Source: an uncultured Oscillospiraceae bacterium (GTDB lineage: Bacteria; Bacillota; Clostridia; Christensenellales; CAG-138). From it: a DNA stretch of 64,000 nt. Positions within the stretch are counted from its first letter, which is position 1. Every line of letters starts with the position of its first letter. This document shows, piece after piece, positions 47,028-55,945 of this stretch. Location of the stretch: contig CAYTPV010000001.1 in NCBI GenBank assembly GCA_964440115.1, positions 341,528 to 405,527 of the forward strand, read 5' to 3'. Below the pieces are notes generated by a model that was not told the origin of the DNA, did no database searches, and saw only the letters and a list, made by a program, of their open reading frames with translations. The translations under genes were made by a program, and so were the position numbers.

Positions 47028-48239
47028 TTATTGCACAACGGTGATGCCGTCTACGATGAAGTTCCAGCTCGGAGCGCTCTGCTTCTCAACGTATTCTTCG
47101 CCGGCCTTGAGATCAACTGTGACCTTGTTGCCGCCAAAGTCAACGCCTTCGCCCTTGAGCGGTCCAACGAACACTTTGAGTTCGCCGGAGATCAGCTTGG
47201 CGCGAGCGGCTTCTATGGCTTCCTTGGTGCCCGGCGCTATGACCGCGTCGTTGAGCGCGGAAATATTCACAACGCCTTCCTTAAGGCCGCCGGAGAAATC
47301 GGTGGGGATTTCCTTGCCTTCAGCAACGCTCTGCACGGCCATGGTGAGGTAAACGCTCCAATCCCAAACAGCTGAGGTCAGAGTGGCCTTGGGGGCAGCG
47401 GCGATCATGTCGGAGTTGTAACCAACACCCCATACGCCGTTGGCTTCCGCGGTGGTCTGGGTAGCAGTGGAATCAGCATGCTGGCCCAGCACGTCGCAGC
47501 CATCGTCGATGAGAGCCTGTGCAACCTGCTGTTCTTTGGTGGGATCATTCCACGAATTGGTGTACTTGACTTCCATGGTTACCTTGGGGTTCACGCTCTT
47601 TGCGCCAAGATAGAAGGCGGTGAAGCCGCTGATGCATTCTGCAAAGGGCATGGCGCTTACATAACCGAGTTTGTTGGTCTTCGTCTTGAGGCCCGCAGCG
47701 ATACCGGAAAGGTAACGGGCTTCATAGATGGAGCCGAAGTAGTTGTGGAAATTCTTAAGTCCACTGCCCGCAGCCTGGAAGCCGGTGGCATGGCAGAATT
47801 GGATTTCCGGGTTTTCCTTAGCGGCGGCGAGCATATAATCCTCATGGCCGAAGGAAGTAGCAAAGATGATGCTGCAGCCAGCTTCGATCAGCTCTTTGAT
47901 GGCGGTAGCACAGGTATCATCCTCGGGGATGTTGTACTTGCTGATGACCTGCTCGGGCTTGAGGCCGAGGTTGGCGATCATCTTCTGGGTACCCTTGTCG
48001 TGGTTATAGGTATAACCGCCATCACTGGGATCCGAAATGTGGATGAAGCCGACCTTAATGGTTTCCAAGCTGAGGCCTTCAGCCGCGGGGGCTTCGGATG
48101 CAGCGGGGGCTTCCGTCGCAGCGGGGGCTTCGGATGCGGCCGGAGCGGGTGTCGCGGCAGGCGCGGGCGCAGGCGCTGCGCAAGCCGTTGCGGCAACTAC
48201 CATTGCTACCGCCATCAATAGTGCGATGAGTTTCTTCAT
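47028..48239 (-). CDS. BMP-family (PnrA/Med-like) ABC substrate-binding lipoprotein
   Basis: Lipobox AATAC, an Ala/Pro/Glu repeat linker, then IKVGFIHISDPSDGGYTYNHDKG, typical of BMP family proteins. Confidence 0.88.
   Translation of the reverse strand: MKKLIALLMAVAMVVAATACAAPAPAPAATPAPAASEAPAATEAPAASEAPAAEGLSLETIKVGFIHISDPSDGGYTYNHDKGTQKMIANLGLKPEQVISKYNIPEDDTCATAIKELIEAGCSIIFATSFGHEDYMLAAAKENPEIQFCHATGFQAAGSGLKNFHNYFGSIYEARYLSGIAAGLKTKTNKLGYVSAMPFAECISGFTAFYLGAKSVNPKVTMEVKYTNSWNDPTKEQQVAQALIDDGCDVLGQHADSTATQTTAEANGVWGVGYNSDMIAAAPKATLTSAVWDWSVYLTMAVQSVAEGKEIPTDFSGGLKEGVVNISALNDAVIAPGTKEAIEAARAKLISGELKVFVGPLKGEGVDFGGNKVTVDLKAGEEYVEKQSAPSWNFIVDGITVVQ
48085..48138 (-). repeat. 3 x 18-nt in-frame tandem repeat inside the BMP lipoprotein linker
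   Basis: GCGGGGGCTTCGGATGCA / GCGGGGGCTTCCGTCGCA / GCGGGGGCTTCGGATGCG on the plus strand. It encodes the (S/T)EAPAA hexapeptide repeats. Confidence 0.8.
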
Positions 48240-48330
48240 GCGTGTTATTCCTCCTCTTTCTTCTCGTTGCTAATGTATTATGCACCCGGCCGACCCGGAT
48301 GCAGCAACCAATGACTGCAACACAATCCGT

Positions 48331-48359
48331 ATTATATAACGAACGGGAGGTTTTGTGAA
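48331..48359 (-). promoter_or_regulatory. Promoter of the BMP/nucleoside ABC operon
   Basis: The minus strand reads TTCACA, 17 nt, TATAAT. It is followed by a ~95-nt leader with an 8-bp hairpin (GCATCCGG/CCGGGTGC). Confidence 0.55.
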
Positions 48360-48376
48360 CTAAAAAACGTTCGGCC

Positions 48377-49609
48377 CTATTTGATACGTCCGCTGCGGGA
48401 AAGCTCCGCAATATCCGGAGGACACGAGAACGGCTCACCCGCGGCCTGCATGGCGTTGACGACATCCTTGAGCCCGCTGCCGGTGGAGATAACGGTAACC
48501 GTTTCGTCCGGTTTGATAATGCCCCGTTCTGCCGCAAGCTTTGCGCCGGCTGTGGCAGTCACGCCCGCGGGTTCGCCGAACACGCCTTCCGTACGGCCTA
48601 AGAGACGCATGGCGCTCAATATTTCTTCATCGGATACGGCGATCCACGCGCCGCCGCTCTCACGCACTGCGCGCAGCGCTTTTTCCGGGTTGCGCGGTAC
48701 GCCCACCGCAATGCTGTCCGCAATTGTGTTTTCTTCTGTGGGCTTCAAAGCGCAGCCGCATTGTGCCGCATCCACAAAGGGGGAGCAGCCCGCGGATTGC
48801 ACGCCAAGAATTTTGGGAATGCGTTCGATAAGACCAAGCTTATATAAATCAGCAAAGCCGTTGTATACGCCGCCTATGGTGCAGCCGTCGCCTACGGATA
48901 CAACTACCCAGTCGGTGGGCAGGAAGCACAGCTGTTCCGCGATTTCCAGAGCAACCGTCTTTTTGCCTTCCGTCATGATGGGGTTGATACCGGCGTTTCG
49001 ATTATAGAAGCCCCATTTATCGATTGCCGCACGGGAAAGTTCGAATGTCTGACGATAATCGCCCTGCACGCTGACCACGTTCGCACCGAATATCAACAGC
49101 TGTGCAACTTTTCCTTTGGGTGCGCGTGAAGGAACAAATATAACCGTTTTCAGGCCCATGCGTGCCGCGTTGCCCGCGCAGGAAGACGCCGCGTTGCCCG
49201 TAGAGGAGCACGCGATGGTTTCATAGCCAAGTTCTCTGGCGCGCGCAACCGCAACGGCGGACGCTCTGTCCTTGAGCGAGGCAGTCGGATTGAGTCCGTC
49301 GTCCTTAATATACAGCGCCTTGACATTGAGTTCGCGCTCGAGCCGATTGGAACGGTACAACGGAGTCCAGCCGACGCGCAAATAGCGTTCCCAATCCCGC
49401 CCTTCAACAGGCAGAAGCGCGCGGTAGCGCCACATGCTGTTGGTGCGGTCCGCCGCGAGAGTTTCACGGGTAAATTCCTTTTTAATCGCCGTATAGTCGA
49501 AAATAATATCGAGTATGCCGGTTTCACCGCAATGCGGGCAGGTCAGCATATCTTTTTCATATGAGTATTCACGATGACAAATCGTACACTGGTATCCGGA
49601 TATATACAT
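48377..49609 (-). CDS. thrC: Threonine synthase (PLP-dependent, N-terminal zinc-ribbon type)
   Basis: CTICHREYSYEKDMLTCPHCG zinc ribbon, PLP-lysine block NPTASLKDRAS, and a tryptophan-synthase-beta-like fold. The start is set at the MYISGYQ Met. Confidence 0.8.
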   Translation of the reverse strand: MYISGYQCTICHREYSYEKDMLTCPHCGETGILDIIFDYTAIKKEFTRETLAADRTNSMWRYRALLPVEGRDWERYLRVGWTPLYRSNRLERELNVKALYIKDDGLNPTASLKDRASAVAVARARELGYETIACSSTGNAASSCAGNAARMGLKTVIFVPSRAPKGKVAQLLIFGANVVSVQGDYRQTFELSRAAIDKWGFYNRNAGINPIMTEGKKTVALEIAEQLCFLPTDWVVVSVGDGCTIGGVYNGFADLYKLGLIERIPKILGVQSAGCSPFVDAAQCGCALKPTEENTIADSIAVGVPRNPEKALRAVRESGGAWIAVSDEEILSAMRLLGRTEGVFGEPAGVTATAGAKLAAERGIIKPDETVTVISTGSGLKDVVNAMQAAGEPFSCPPDIAELSRSGRIK

Positions 49610-49852
49610 TCTTTGGTTCGCCCTTTCGCAAAGATCTGCCCCTGAATGGGGAAAACACCGATATTGCACCATTATCTTACTACAGAATCCCCGAATTGTA
49701 TAGCCGTGCTTGGATTCTATATTATTTTTTTTATGTAAAAAAATATTTTTTTAGCTAGTCTAGGTCGTGTCTTCATTGACTCACCTTTAGCCGCGAAAAC
49801 CGCACGGGCATAGCCCGCGCGGTCCATATATTTCTGCTGAAACCGGAGTTTC

Positions 49853-51238
49853 TTACGCGCCTACATCGCGGATGAGATCCGGATACCGGGTTACGATGGT
49901 GGTATCCTTGAGCCATTCGTCGACCATAGCCGTCCATTCGTCGTCCTGCTTGGTGGTCAGCGTTTCGTCATGCATGCTCTGCTTGACTTCTTCAAAGGAA
50001 CGCTCGCCCGTGGGTTCAGATGCCACAAACTGCAGAATGTGGAAGCCCGCGTCGTCCTTGATTACGCCGGTATAGCTGCCCGGTGTGGTCAGCGCAAGCA
50101 CGGCGTTCTTGATGGCATCGGACCAATCGGAAGAACTGGCGTTCTTGCTCAGGAGCTTGCCCTTTTCCTTAAACACGGCAACGCCGTCCGCACCGAAATC
50201 GGGGTCCGCATTGGTCTGCATAACTGTATCAAAGCTTTCGCCGTTCTGCAGGCGCTGATATGCGGCTTCGGCGTCGGCCTTGCTCTTGGAATAATGATCC
50301 AAGTAAATCTGATCGTTGGCAGCTGTGAGCTGGTCGATCTCCGCTTGCAGGGCGGTTATTTTATCCGCATTTGCCGTGGCATCCTGCAGCTTCAGGTCGC
50401 GGATATCTTCCTGCTTGTCATTGATGGTGGTCTTGTTTTCCTCGTACTTCGGATCGATTTCATCCGCGGGTACGAAGAGTATCTGCTTTACGCGCACATA
50501 TCCTTCGGGTGCGAAAAGCGGAGGTGTGCCGCCGCTGCGCTCGAAGCTCTCCTGCTTGTCCTTATAAAGACCCGCGTCTTTGCCGATTTCTTCCTTATCG
50601 GAAGCAAGTCTCTTGTCGTAAGCGGTCTTGACTTCGTCATCGGTTACGGTGACTTTTTCATCGAAAGCCGTGCGCATGTTGTTGATGCACATCTGCAGCA
50701 CGACCCAATTCTTCATCTGATCGCGCGTGAGGCGTACGTAGCCGTACTGCGCAAAATACTGCGTGGTCAGATCCGGGTAGATTTCCAGAGCGCGCGCGTC
50801 GACATTCGCGCCGGCTTCCTGACCAAGCTCCTGCTGCGCCTGCGCTACTGCGGCTTCATAAATCACCTGATCGTATTGGGCGGCCTGCTCCTCAGCAGTT
50901 TTCTGCTGTTCTTCGCTCAGCTGGGTATACCCCTGCTTTTTGGCCTGATAGGACATCATCTCGACCTCGATGATACCATCAAGTATGCTGTCCTGAAACT
51001 GATTGAGTCCGTCCTCGGTCGTCGTAGGATCATACCCGAAACTTTTGAGCATGTTCAGGTTGAAATCGAACTGATTCACGAACTCGCCCTTTGTAATTTC
51101 CTTCTCGCCCACCTTAGCCACGATCTGCGCCTTGTTCTTTTGATCATTCACGCTGACCAAGCTGCACCCGAGCACAGACACCGTCATCAGCAGCGCCATG
51201 GCGGCAGCGAGAAATAGTTTCAGTTTGCTCTTCATCAA
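49853..51238 (-). CDS. PrsA/SurA-like lipoprotein (SurA N-domain + parvulin-like PPIase domain)
   Basis: Lipobox VSVLGC, a long helical Gln/Glu/Ala-rich N-domain, and a C-terminal parvulin-like block (VKQILF ... GVIKDDAGFHILQFV). Confidence 0.65.
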   Translation of the reverse strand: MMKSKLKLFLAAAMALLMTVSVLGCSLVSVNDQKNKAQIVAKVGEKEITKGEFVNQFDFNLNMLKSFGYDPTTTEDGLNQFQDSILDGIIEVEMMSYQAKKQGYTQLSEEQQKTAEEQAAQYDQVIYEAAVAQAQQELGQEAGANVDARALEIYPDLTTQYFAQYGYVRLTRDQMKNWVVLQMCINNMRTAFDEKVTVTDDEVKTAYDKRLASDKEEIGKDAGLYKDKQESFERSGGTPPLFAPEGYVRVKQILFVPADEIDPKYEENKTTINDKQEDIRDLKLQDATANADKITALQAEIDQLTAANDQIYLDHYSKSKADAEAAYQRLQNGESFDTVMQTNADPDFGADGVAVFKEKGKLLSKNASSSDWSDAIKNAVLALTTPGSYTGVIKDDAGFHILQFVASEPTGERSFEEVKQSMHDETLTTKQDDEWTAMVDEWLKDTTIVTRYPDLIRDVGA

Positions 51239-51344
51239 TGCGTTCTCCTTTTATCGGCTGTATTTCCTTGCATAATGCTATTGATCGTTCGGGCTATTTC
51301 ACGCGAAGCGAAGTAGCCGGCTGAATACGGAGCATACAGATCGC

Positions 51345-52685
51345 TTAAAGCTTATCCGTATACAGCTTTACAATACCTTCTTCGTCTGCCTTCTTCGCGT
51401 ATTCATCCTGTTGGAAGTAAAGCTTCTTTTTCAGGGAAGCCCTGAGCAGATTCTCTATATCCGTTTTGACTTCTTCATAAGGCAGCGTGCCCGGCAGGTT
51501 GACGAGGCAAATAATGCATACGCCGTCCTGCATGCGCACAGCGGGAGAAATATCGCCGACATTCTTCAATGCAAGCGCCGCGCTGCGATAGGCTTCTTCT
51601 ATGGGCGACTTGCTCGTATTAGCGTTTGAGGAAGAATCAGCGGCAGCCGTGCCGTTGGAATCGGTGCTCGCGCTGCCAGTGTTGGCAGGAGCGGCCGCGC
51701 TGACATAATAGCTGATTTTATGCGAATCCTCTGTGCGAAGCTCGCGCACTTTAAAGAATCCATCCTTCAAAGCTTCCTCGCGGATAGGATCAATGGACTT
51801 TTCCAGCTGCTTATACGCATCCTCAAGTATTTTGTTGTACGCTTTGGTTACGCGTTCTAGGCCGGCCTTTCTGGTGGTAGCCGCAATGGAATCCTTGCCG
51901 TCGCTCTTGACTGCAAGCATGTATTCGGAGGCCGCCTGTTTGACGGTCTGCTGGGCTTTGGTAAGATCAGCCTTCTGCCTGTCCGTAAACTTGAGCATGA
52001 TACGGGCTGTCTCCATCGTTCCCTGCGGAATGACGATGGCGACGTCCGGCTGGTTCTCTGCAAACGCGTTCGGGTTATTCGTGAGCGCCTTTGTCTGGGC
52101 AGCGACCTGCTCGTCGTAATACGCGCGGATCTCTTCCTCGGTTACATCGTGCTTGATGCCCAAGCTGTCGTACAGGAGGCCAAGCACGTATTCATCCCGC
52201 AGCACGCTGCGCATACGGTCGGCGGTCATACCGGCGTCCTTGAGCGTATCGTTATAGGATTGTTCGGCCTTGCGACGGCCGCTTTCATCTGTGCCATACT
52301 GCACCATAAGCGCATCGATGGCCTTGTTGTAAACATCCAGATATTTCTGGTCGATTTCTGCTTCCTGCTCAGCGGTAAGGTTATATAACCCCTGCTTGCG
52401 GGCCATTTCTTTCATTGCTGCCTCGCCAACCTGAGCGCTCAGAATATTCTGTTTATATTCCTTATACTGCTTTTTGTAAGCGGGCTGCGTCAGATCCACA
52501 CCGGCATACGTTTCATAGCCTTTGAGCTGCTGTCTGAGCCTGTACTCAAAATACCACCGGTAAATCGGCGTTTCCCCTACCGTGCCGACGACATCATCCG
52601 GGTTTCTCGCGCAGCCGGCAAAAACTAACAGCGCAAAGAGCAGAGCCAGCATCAACGCAAGCATCCTTTTCCCCATCATGCGCAT
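51345..52685 (-). CDS. SurA N-terminal-domain lipoprotein (PrsA-like paralogue, degenerate PPIase region)
   Basis: Lipobox LLVFAGC and a similar helical architecture. The C-terminal VRMQDGVCIICLVN is in the position of a parvulin beta-strand. The start may be 52676. Confidence 0.55.
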   Translation of the reverse strand: MRMMGKRMLALMLALLFALLVFAGCARNPDDVVGTVGETPIYRWYFEYRLRQQLKGYETYAGVDLTQPAYKKQYKEYKQNILSAQVGEAAMKEMARKQGLYNLTAEQEAEIDQKYLDVYNKAIDALMVQYGTDESGRRKAEQSYNDTLKDAGMTADRMRSVLRDEYVLGLLYDSLGIKHDVTEEEIRAYYDEQVAAQTKALTNNPNAFAENQPDVAIVIPQGTMETARIMLKFTDRQKADLTKAQQTVKQAASEYMLAVKSDGKDSIAATTRKAGLERVTKAYNKILEDAYKQLEKSIDPIREEALKDGFFKVRELRTEDSHKISYYVSAAAPANTGSASTDSNGTAAADSSSNANTSKSPIEEAYRSAALALKNVGDISPAVRMQDGVCIICLVNLPGTLPYEEVKTDIENLLRASLKKKLYFQQDEYAKKADEEGIVKLYTDKL

Positions 52686-52787
52686 TTCTCCTTCGTGCTT
52701 CCTATGAATATACAGCTGTGAAAGCCTATACCCACGGCTATCCCATTATACCCATTTCATGTGCGCGATGCAACGCATAATACTGTA

Positions 52788-52842
52788 AACAAAGTGTGGC
52801 ACTTTATTCAGCCACTGACACACATGTCGCTGCATAATGGCG
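52788..52842. repeat. Miniature copy of intergenic module set (ACAAAGTG hairpin + CACATGTCGCTGCAWAATGRCG box)
   Basis: AAAGTG-TGG-CACTTT hairpin at 52791-52805. Positions 52821-52842 match 59493-59514 at 20 of 22 positions by hand count. Confidence 0.45.
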
Positions 52843-52941
52843 TATGAAAAGCGTAGTCACATCTATCTGGGGGGTATCCCGCGTAACAAGATAAGCATGA
52901 CAATCGTTTGGTATTTATATAAGCCATACACCTAACCGCGA

Positions 52942-52970
52942 TTGTTTCAGCACGGCATGCAATGTATAAT
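52942..52970 (+). promoter_or_regulatory. Candidate promoter of the P-type ATPase gene
   Basis: TTGTTT, 17 nt, TATAAT (52965-52970). Confidence 0.5.
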
Positions 52971-52998
52971 GAAAAAAGGTTATTACAGGAGGAACTGC

Positions 52999-55350
52999 AT
53001 GCAACAGCCGCAGCGCTATACGCCTGACGCCAACATCGGCCTCACGGCGCAGCAGGTGCGCGCGCGCCAGGAGGAGGGCTTGGTCAACGCACAGCCCCCT
53101 CGGGTTACTAAAAGCGTCGCGCAAATACTGCGGGATAATATCTGTACGTTTTTCAACGCCATCAACGCGGGGATATTCGTATCGCTGCTATTTGTGGAAT
53201 CCTATACGAACATGCTGTTCATGGGCGTAGTGCTTTCCAATCTGCTCATCGGCATTATTCAGGAGCTGCGCGCAAAGCGCGCTGTGGAACGGCTGAGCGT
53301 GCTGAGCGCCCCTACCGCCATAGTCGTTCGCGATGGAAGGCAGGAGGAAATTCCCACCGACCGCATCGTACTCGACGACGTCGTGTGCCTTTCCATCGGC
53401 AAGCAGGTGCCTGCCGACGCCGTTGTATTGACGGGTGTCGCGGAAGCCGACGAATCGCTGCTGACGGGAGAATCCGACCCGCAAATAAAACGCCCGGGCG
53501 ACCGGCTACTTTCGGGCAGCTTTATTGTATCCGGTTCCGTATGCTCCCGCGCGGACAGCGTGGGAGAGCAAAGCTATGCTGCGCAGCTTGCGCAGGAAGC
53601 GCGCCGTTACAGGCGGTTTGACTCGCAGTTAATGCAGGCGCTCAGGCGCATCATCCGGTTTTCCGGCTCCTTCGTGCTGCCGCTGGGCGCTTTGCTGTTT
53701 CTGCGCGCGTATTTTGAGCTGAGGCACCCGCTGCAAAGCGCAGTCGAACAGGTGGCCGCCGCCATGCTGGGCATGATCCCCTCGGGGCTCATGCTGCTCA
53801 CCAGCGTATCTCTTGCGGTGGGCGTCGTTGCGCTGACGCGCCGCAGAACATTGGCGCAGGAGCTTTACTGCATTGAAACGCTTTCGCGCGTGGATATGCT
53901 TTGCCTTGATAAAACCGGGACTCTCACTACGGGCAATATGCAGCTTGCGCAGGTTTGGGTTCCCGAAGGGAACCAAGCCGCAACGCAAGCTCTGTTGGGA
54001 GTATTCGTGCATTCCCTTCCCGCGGATAACGCAACAGCCCGCGCGCTGCACAAGCGGTTTGATTCGGCCCCAGCGCATACGACCCCCTTGCCTGCAGGCG
54101 TAACGCCGTTTTCTTCAGCGCGCAAGTACAGCGCCGTTTCGTTTGCGGATTACACTTTGTACATGGGTGCGATACAGGCAGTCTGCCCCGACCTGCCGCA
54201 GGTGTTTTTAAAGGAAGCCGACCGCGCCGCGGCGGAGGGCTATCGCGTGCTGCTGTTTGCAAAAAGCGATGTCGGAGGAGAGCCTCTGCCGCCGGATCAG
54301 GCCAGCCCCGAGCCGCTTGGGCTGCTGCTGCTGCTCGACGAATTAAGGCCGGACGCTGCCGACACGCTGCGTTTCTTTGCGGAGGAAGGCGTAACGGTAA
54401 AGCTTATTTCGGGGGATGATCCGCGCACGGTTTCGGCCATCGCGCACAGGCTCGGGCTATCAGGATACGACGCGTATGTGGATGCCTATTCGGCAACAGA
54501 AGAAGAACTCTTAAAAAAAGCGGAAACCCACACCATATTCGGGCGCGTATCCCCGCAGCAAAAGCGCGCGCTGCTCATGGCTTTAAAAGCCAACGGGCAC
54601 ACGGTAGCCATGACAGGCGACGGCGTGAACGACGTGCTTGCCCTAAAGGAAGCGGATTGCAGTGTAGCGCTCGGGGCAGGCAGCGACGCGGCCAAGCAGA
54701 TTTCGCAGCTTGTGCTGCTGGACAACGATTTTTCCGCGCTGCCCCATGTGGTGATGGAAGGCCGCCGCGTCATCAACAACATCACGCGGACTGCGTCGCT
54801 GTTTCTGGTGAAGACGATCTCTTCCTTTTTGATGACGCTATCGAGCGTGCTGTTCGCACTGGCGTATCCGTTCCAGCCCATACAGCTATCCTTAATCGGC
54901 ATGATGACGGTGGGCATTCCTTCGTTCTTTCTGGCGCTGGAGCCGAGCCGCACGCGTATAAAGGGCGACTTCCTGCGTCAGGTGCTCTCTCATGCTCTGC
55001 CCGGCGCACTGTGCGTGTTCCTGTATACGCTCGCTGCCGGTCTGATCGGACGGCGCATGGGTCTTCCCTATGCGCAGATCAACACGCTGTGCGTGTATCT
55101 CGCGGGGGCTGCGGGGCTGTGCGTGCTGCTGCGCGTGTGCCTGCCGTTTGCGCGTATGCGCGGCATACTCTTTTTCTGCATGGCTGCTCTGTTCCTTGCG
55201 GGTGTCACGGTGCTGCACGGTCCGCTGGAATTGGAAAAGCTGTCGAATACCCCGCTGACATGGATCGCCGCGGCGTTAGCGGCGCTGTGCTACCCGATGC
55301 TGTCGGTTTTGTCCCGCGCGGTTCGGCGTATACTCAAGGTGGAGGCATAA
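52999..55350 (+). CDS. Cation-translocating P-type ATPase (HAD-IC family)
   Basis: DKTGTLT phosphorylation site, TGES, MTGDGVNDVLALKEAD and about 10 TM segments. AGGAGGA RBS precedes ATG 52999. Ion specificity is not inferable. Confidence 0.88.
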   Translation: MQQPQRYTPDANIGLTAQQVRARQEEGLVNAQPPRVTKSVAQILRDNICTFFNAINAGIFVSLLFVESYTNMLFMGVVLSNLLIGIIQELRAKRAVERLSVLSAPTAIVVRDGRQEEIPTDRIVLDDVVCLSIGKQVPADAVVLTGVAEADESLLTGESDPQIKRPGDRLLSGSFIVSGSVCSRADSVGEQSYAAQLAQEARRYRRFDSQLMQALRRIIRFSGSFVLPLGALLFLRAYFELRHPLQSAVEQVAAAMLGMIPSGLMLLTSVSLAVGVVALTRRRTLAQELYCIETLSRVDMLCLDKTGTLTTGNMQLAQVWVPEGNQAATQALLGVFVHSLPADNATARALHKRFDSAPAHTTPLPAGVTPFSSARKYSAVSFADYTLYMGAIQAVCPDLPQVFLKEADRAAAEGYRVLLFAKSDVGGEPLPPDQASPEPLGLLLLLDELRPDAADTLRFFAEEGVTVKLISGDDPRTVSAIAHRLGLSGYDAYVDAYSATEEELLKKAETHTIFGRVSPQQKRALLMALKANGHTVAMTGDGVNDVLALKEADCSVALGAGSDAAKQISQLVLLDNDFSALPHVVMEGRRVINNITRTASLFLVKTISSFLMTLSSVLFALAYPFQPIQLSLIGMMTVGIPSFFLALEPSRTRIKGDFLRQVLSHALPGALCVFLYTLAAGLIGRRMGLPYAQINTLCVYLAGAAGLCVLLRVCLPFARMRGILFFCMAALFLAGVTVLHGPLELEKLSNTPLTWIAAALAALCYPMLSVLSRAVRRILKVEA

Positions 55351-55351
55351 T

Positions 55352-55945
55352 ATGTTTTTAATCGTAGGCCTGGGCAACCCGGGCATCGCCTACCGGTCTT
55401 CCCGCCACAACGCGGGCTTTTTGGCGTTGGACGTGCTGGCCGAGCGGCTCAATATCGCGCTGGTTAAACGCGCGCACAAAGCCATTGTCGGCGAAGGATA
55501 CTGTAACGGACAAAAGGTAATACTTGCAAAGCCGCAGACGTATATGAACCTAAGCGGCGAATCCGTGCAGTCGCTGCTTTCCTATTACAAGCTGCCCTTA
55601 GACAGGTTGGTCGTGCTCTACGACGACATCGACCTTTCTGTAGGGGATATCCGAATTAGAGCCTCGGGCAGTGCGGGCACGCACAACGGCATGCGTTCCA
55701 TACTTGTCTGCTTGGGTAATGAGGAAGGTTTTCCGCGCGTGCGCATAGGCGTAGGCAAGCAGAAGCCCGGGCGAGATCTCGCATCGCATGTGCTGGGCAA
55801 GCCCGCGGCGGAGGAGCAGGAACTGCTCGAACAGGCGTATCAAAACGCGGCCGAAGCCGCCGCCCTCATCGTGGACGGACGGCTGCTGGACGCGCAGACA
55901 AAATATAACAAACGAAAAAAGAACGCGGAACCGGAGGAGGCATGA
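55352..55945 (+). CDS. pth: Peptidyl-tRNA hydrolase
   Basis: MFLIVGLGNPG...YRSSRHNAGF, typical of Pth. It is followed by mfd, as in most Firmicutes. Confidence 0.93.
   Translation: MFLIVGLGNPGIAYRSSRHNAGFLALDVLAERLNIALVKRAHKAIVGEGYCNGQKVILAKPQTYMNLSGESVQSLLSYYKLPLDRLVVLYDDIDLSVGDIRIRASGSAGTHNGMRSILVCLGNEEGFPRVRIGVGKQKPGRDLASHVLGKPAAEEQELLEQAYQNAAEAAALIVDGRLLDAQTKYNKRKKNAEPEEA

Noticed and set aside
48085-48138. Short tandem repeats as a possible CRISPR or minisatellite
   Set aside because: The units are 18 nt and directly abutting with no spacers. They are in frame inside a lipoprotein linker, so this is a coding repeat and not a CRISPR array. No CRISPR-like repeat-spacer structure or cas gene occurs elsewhere in the window.
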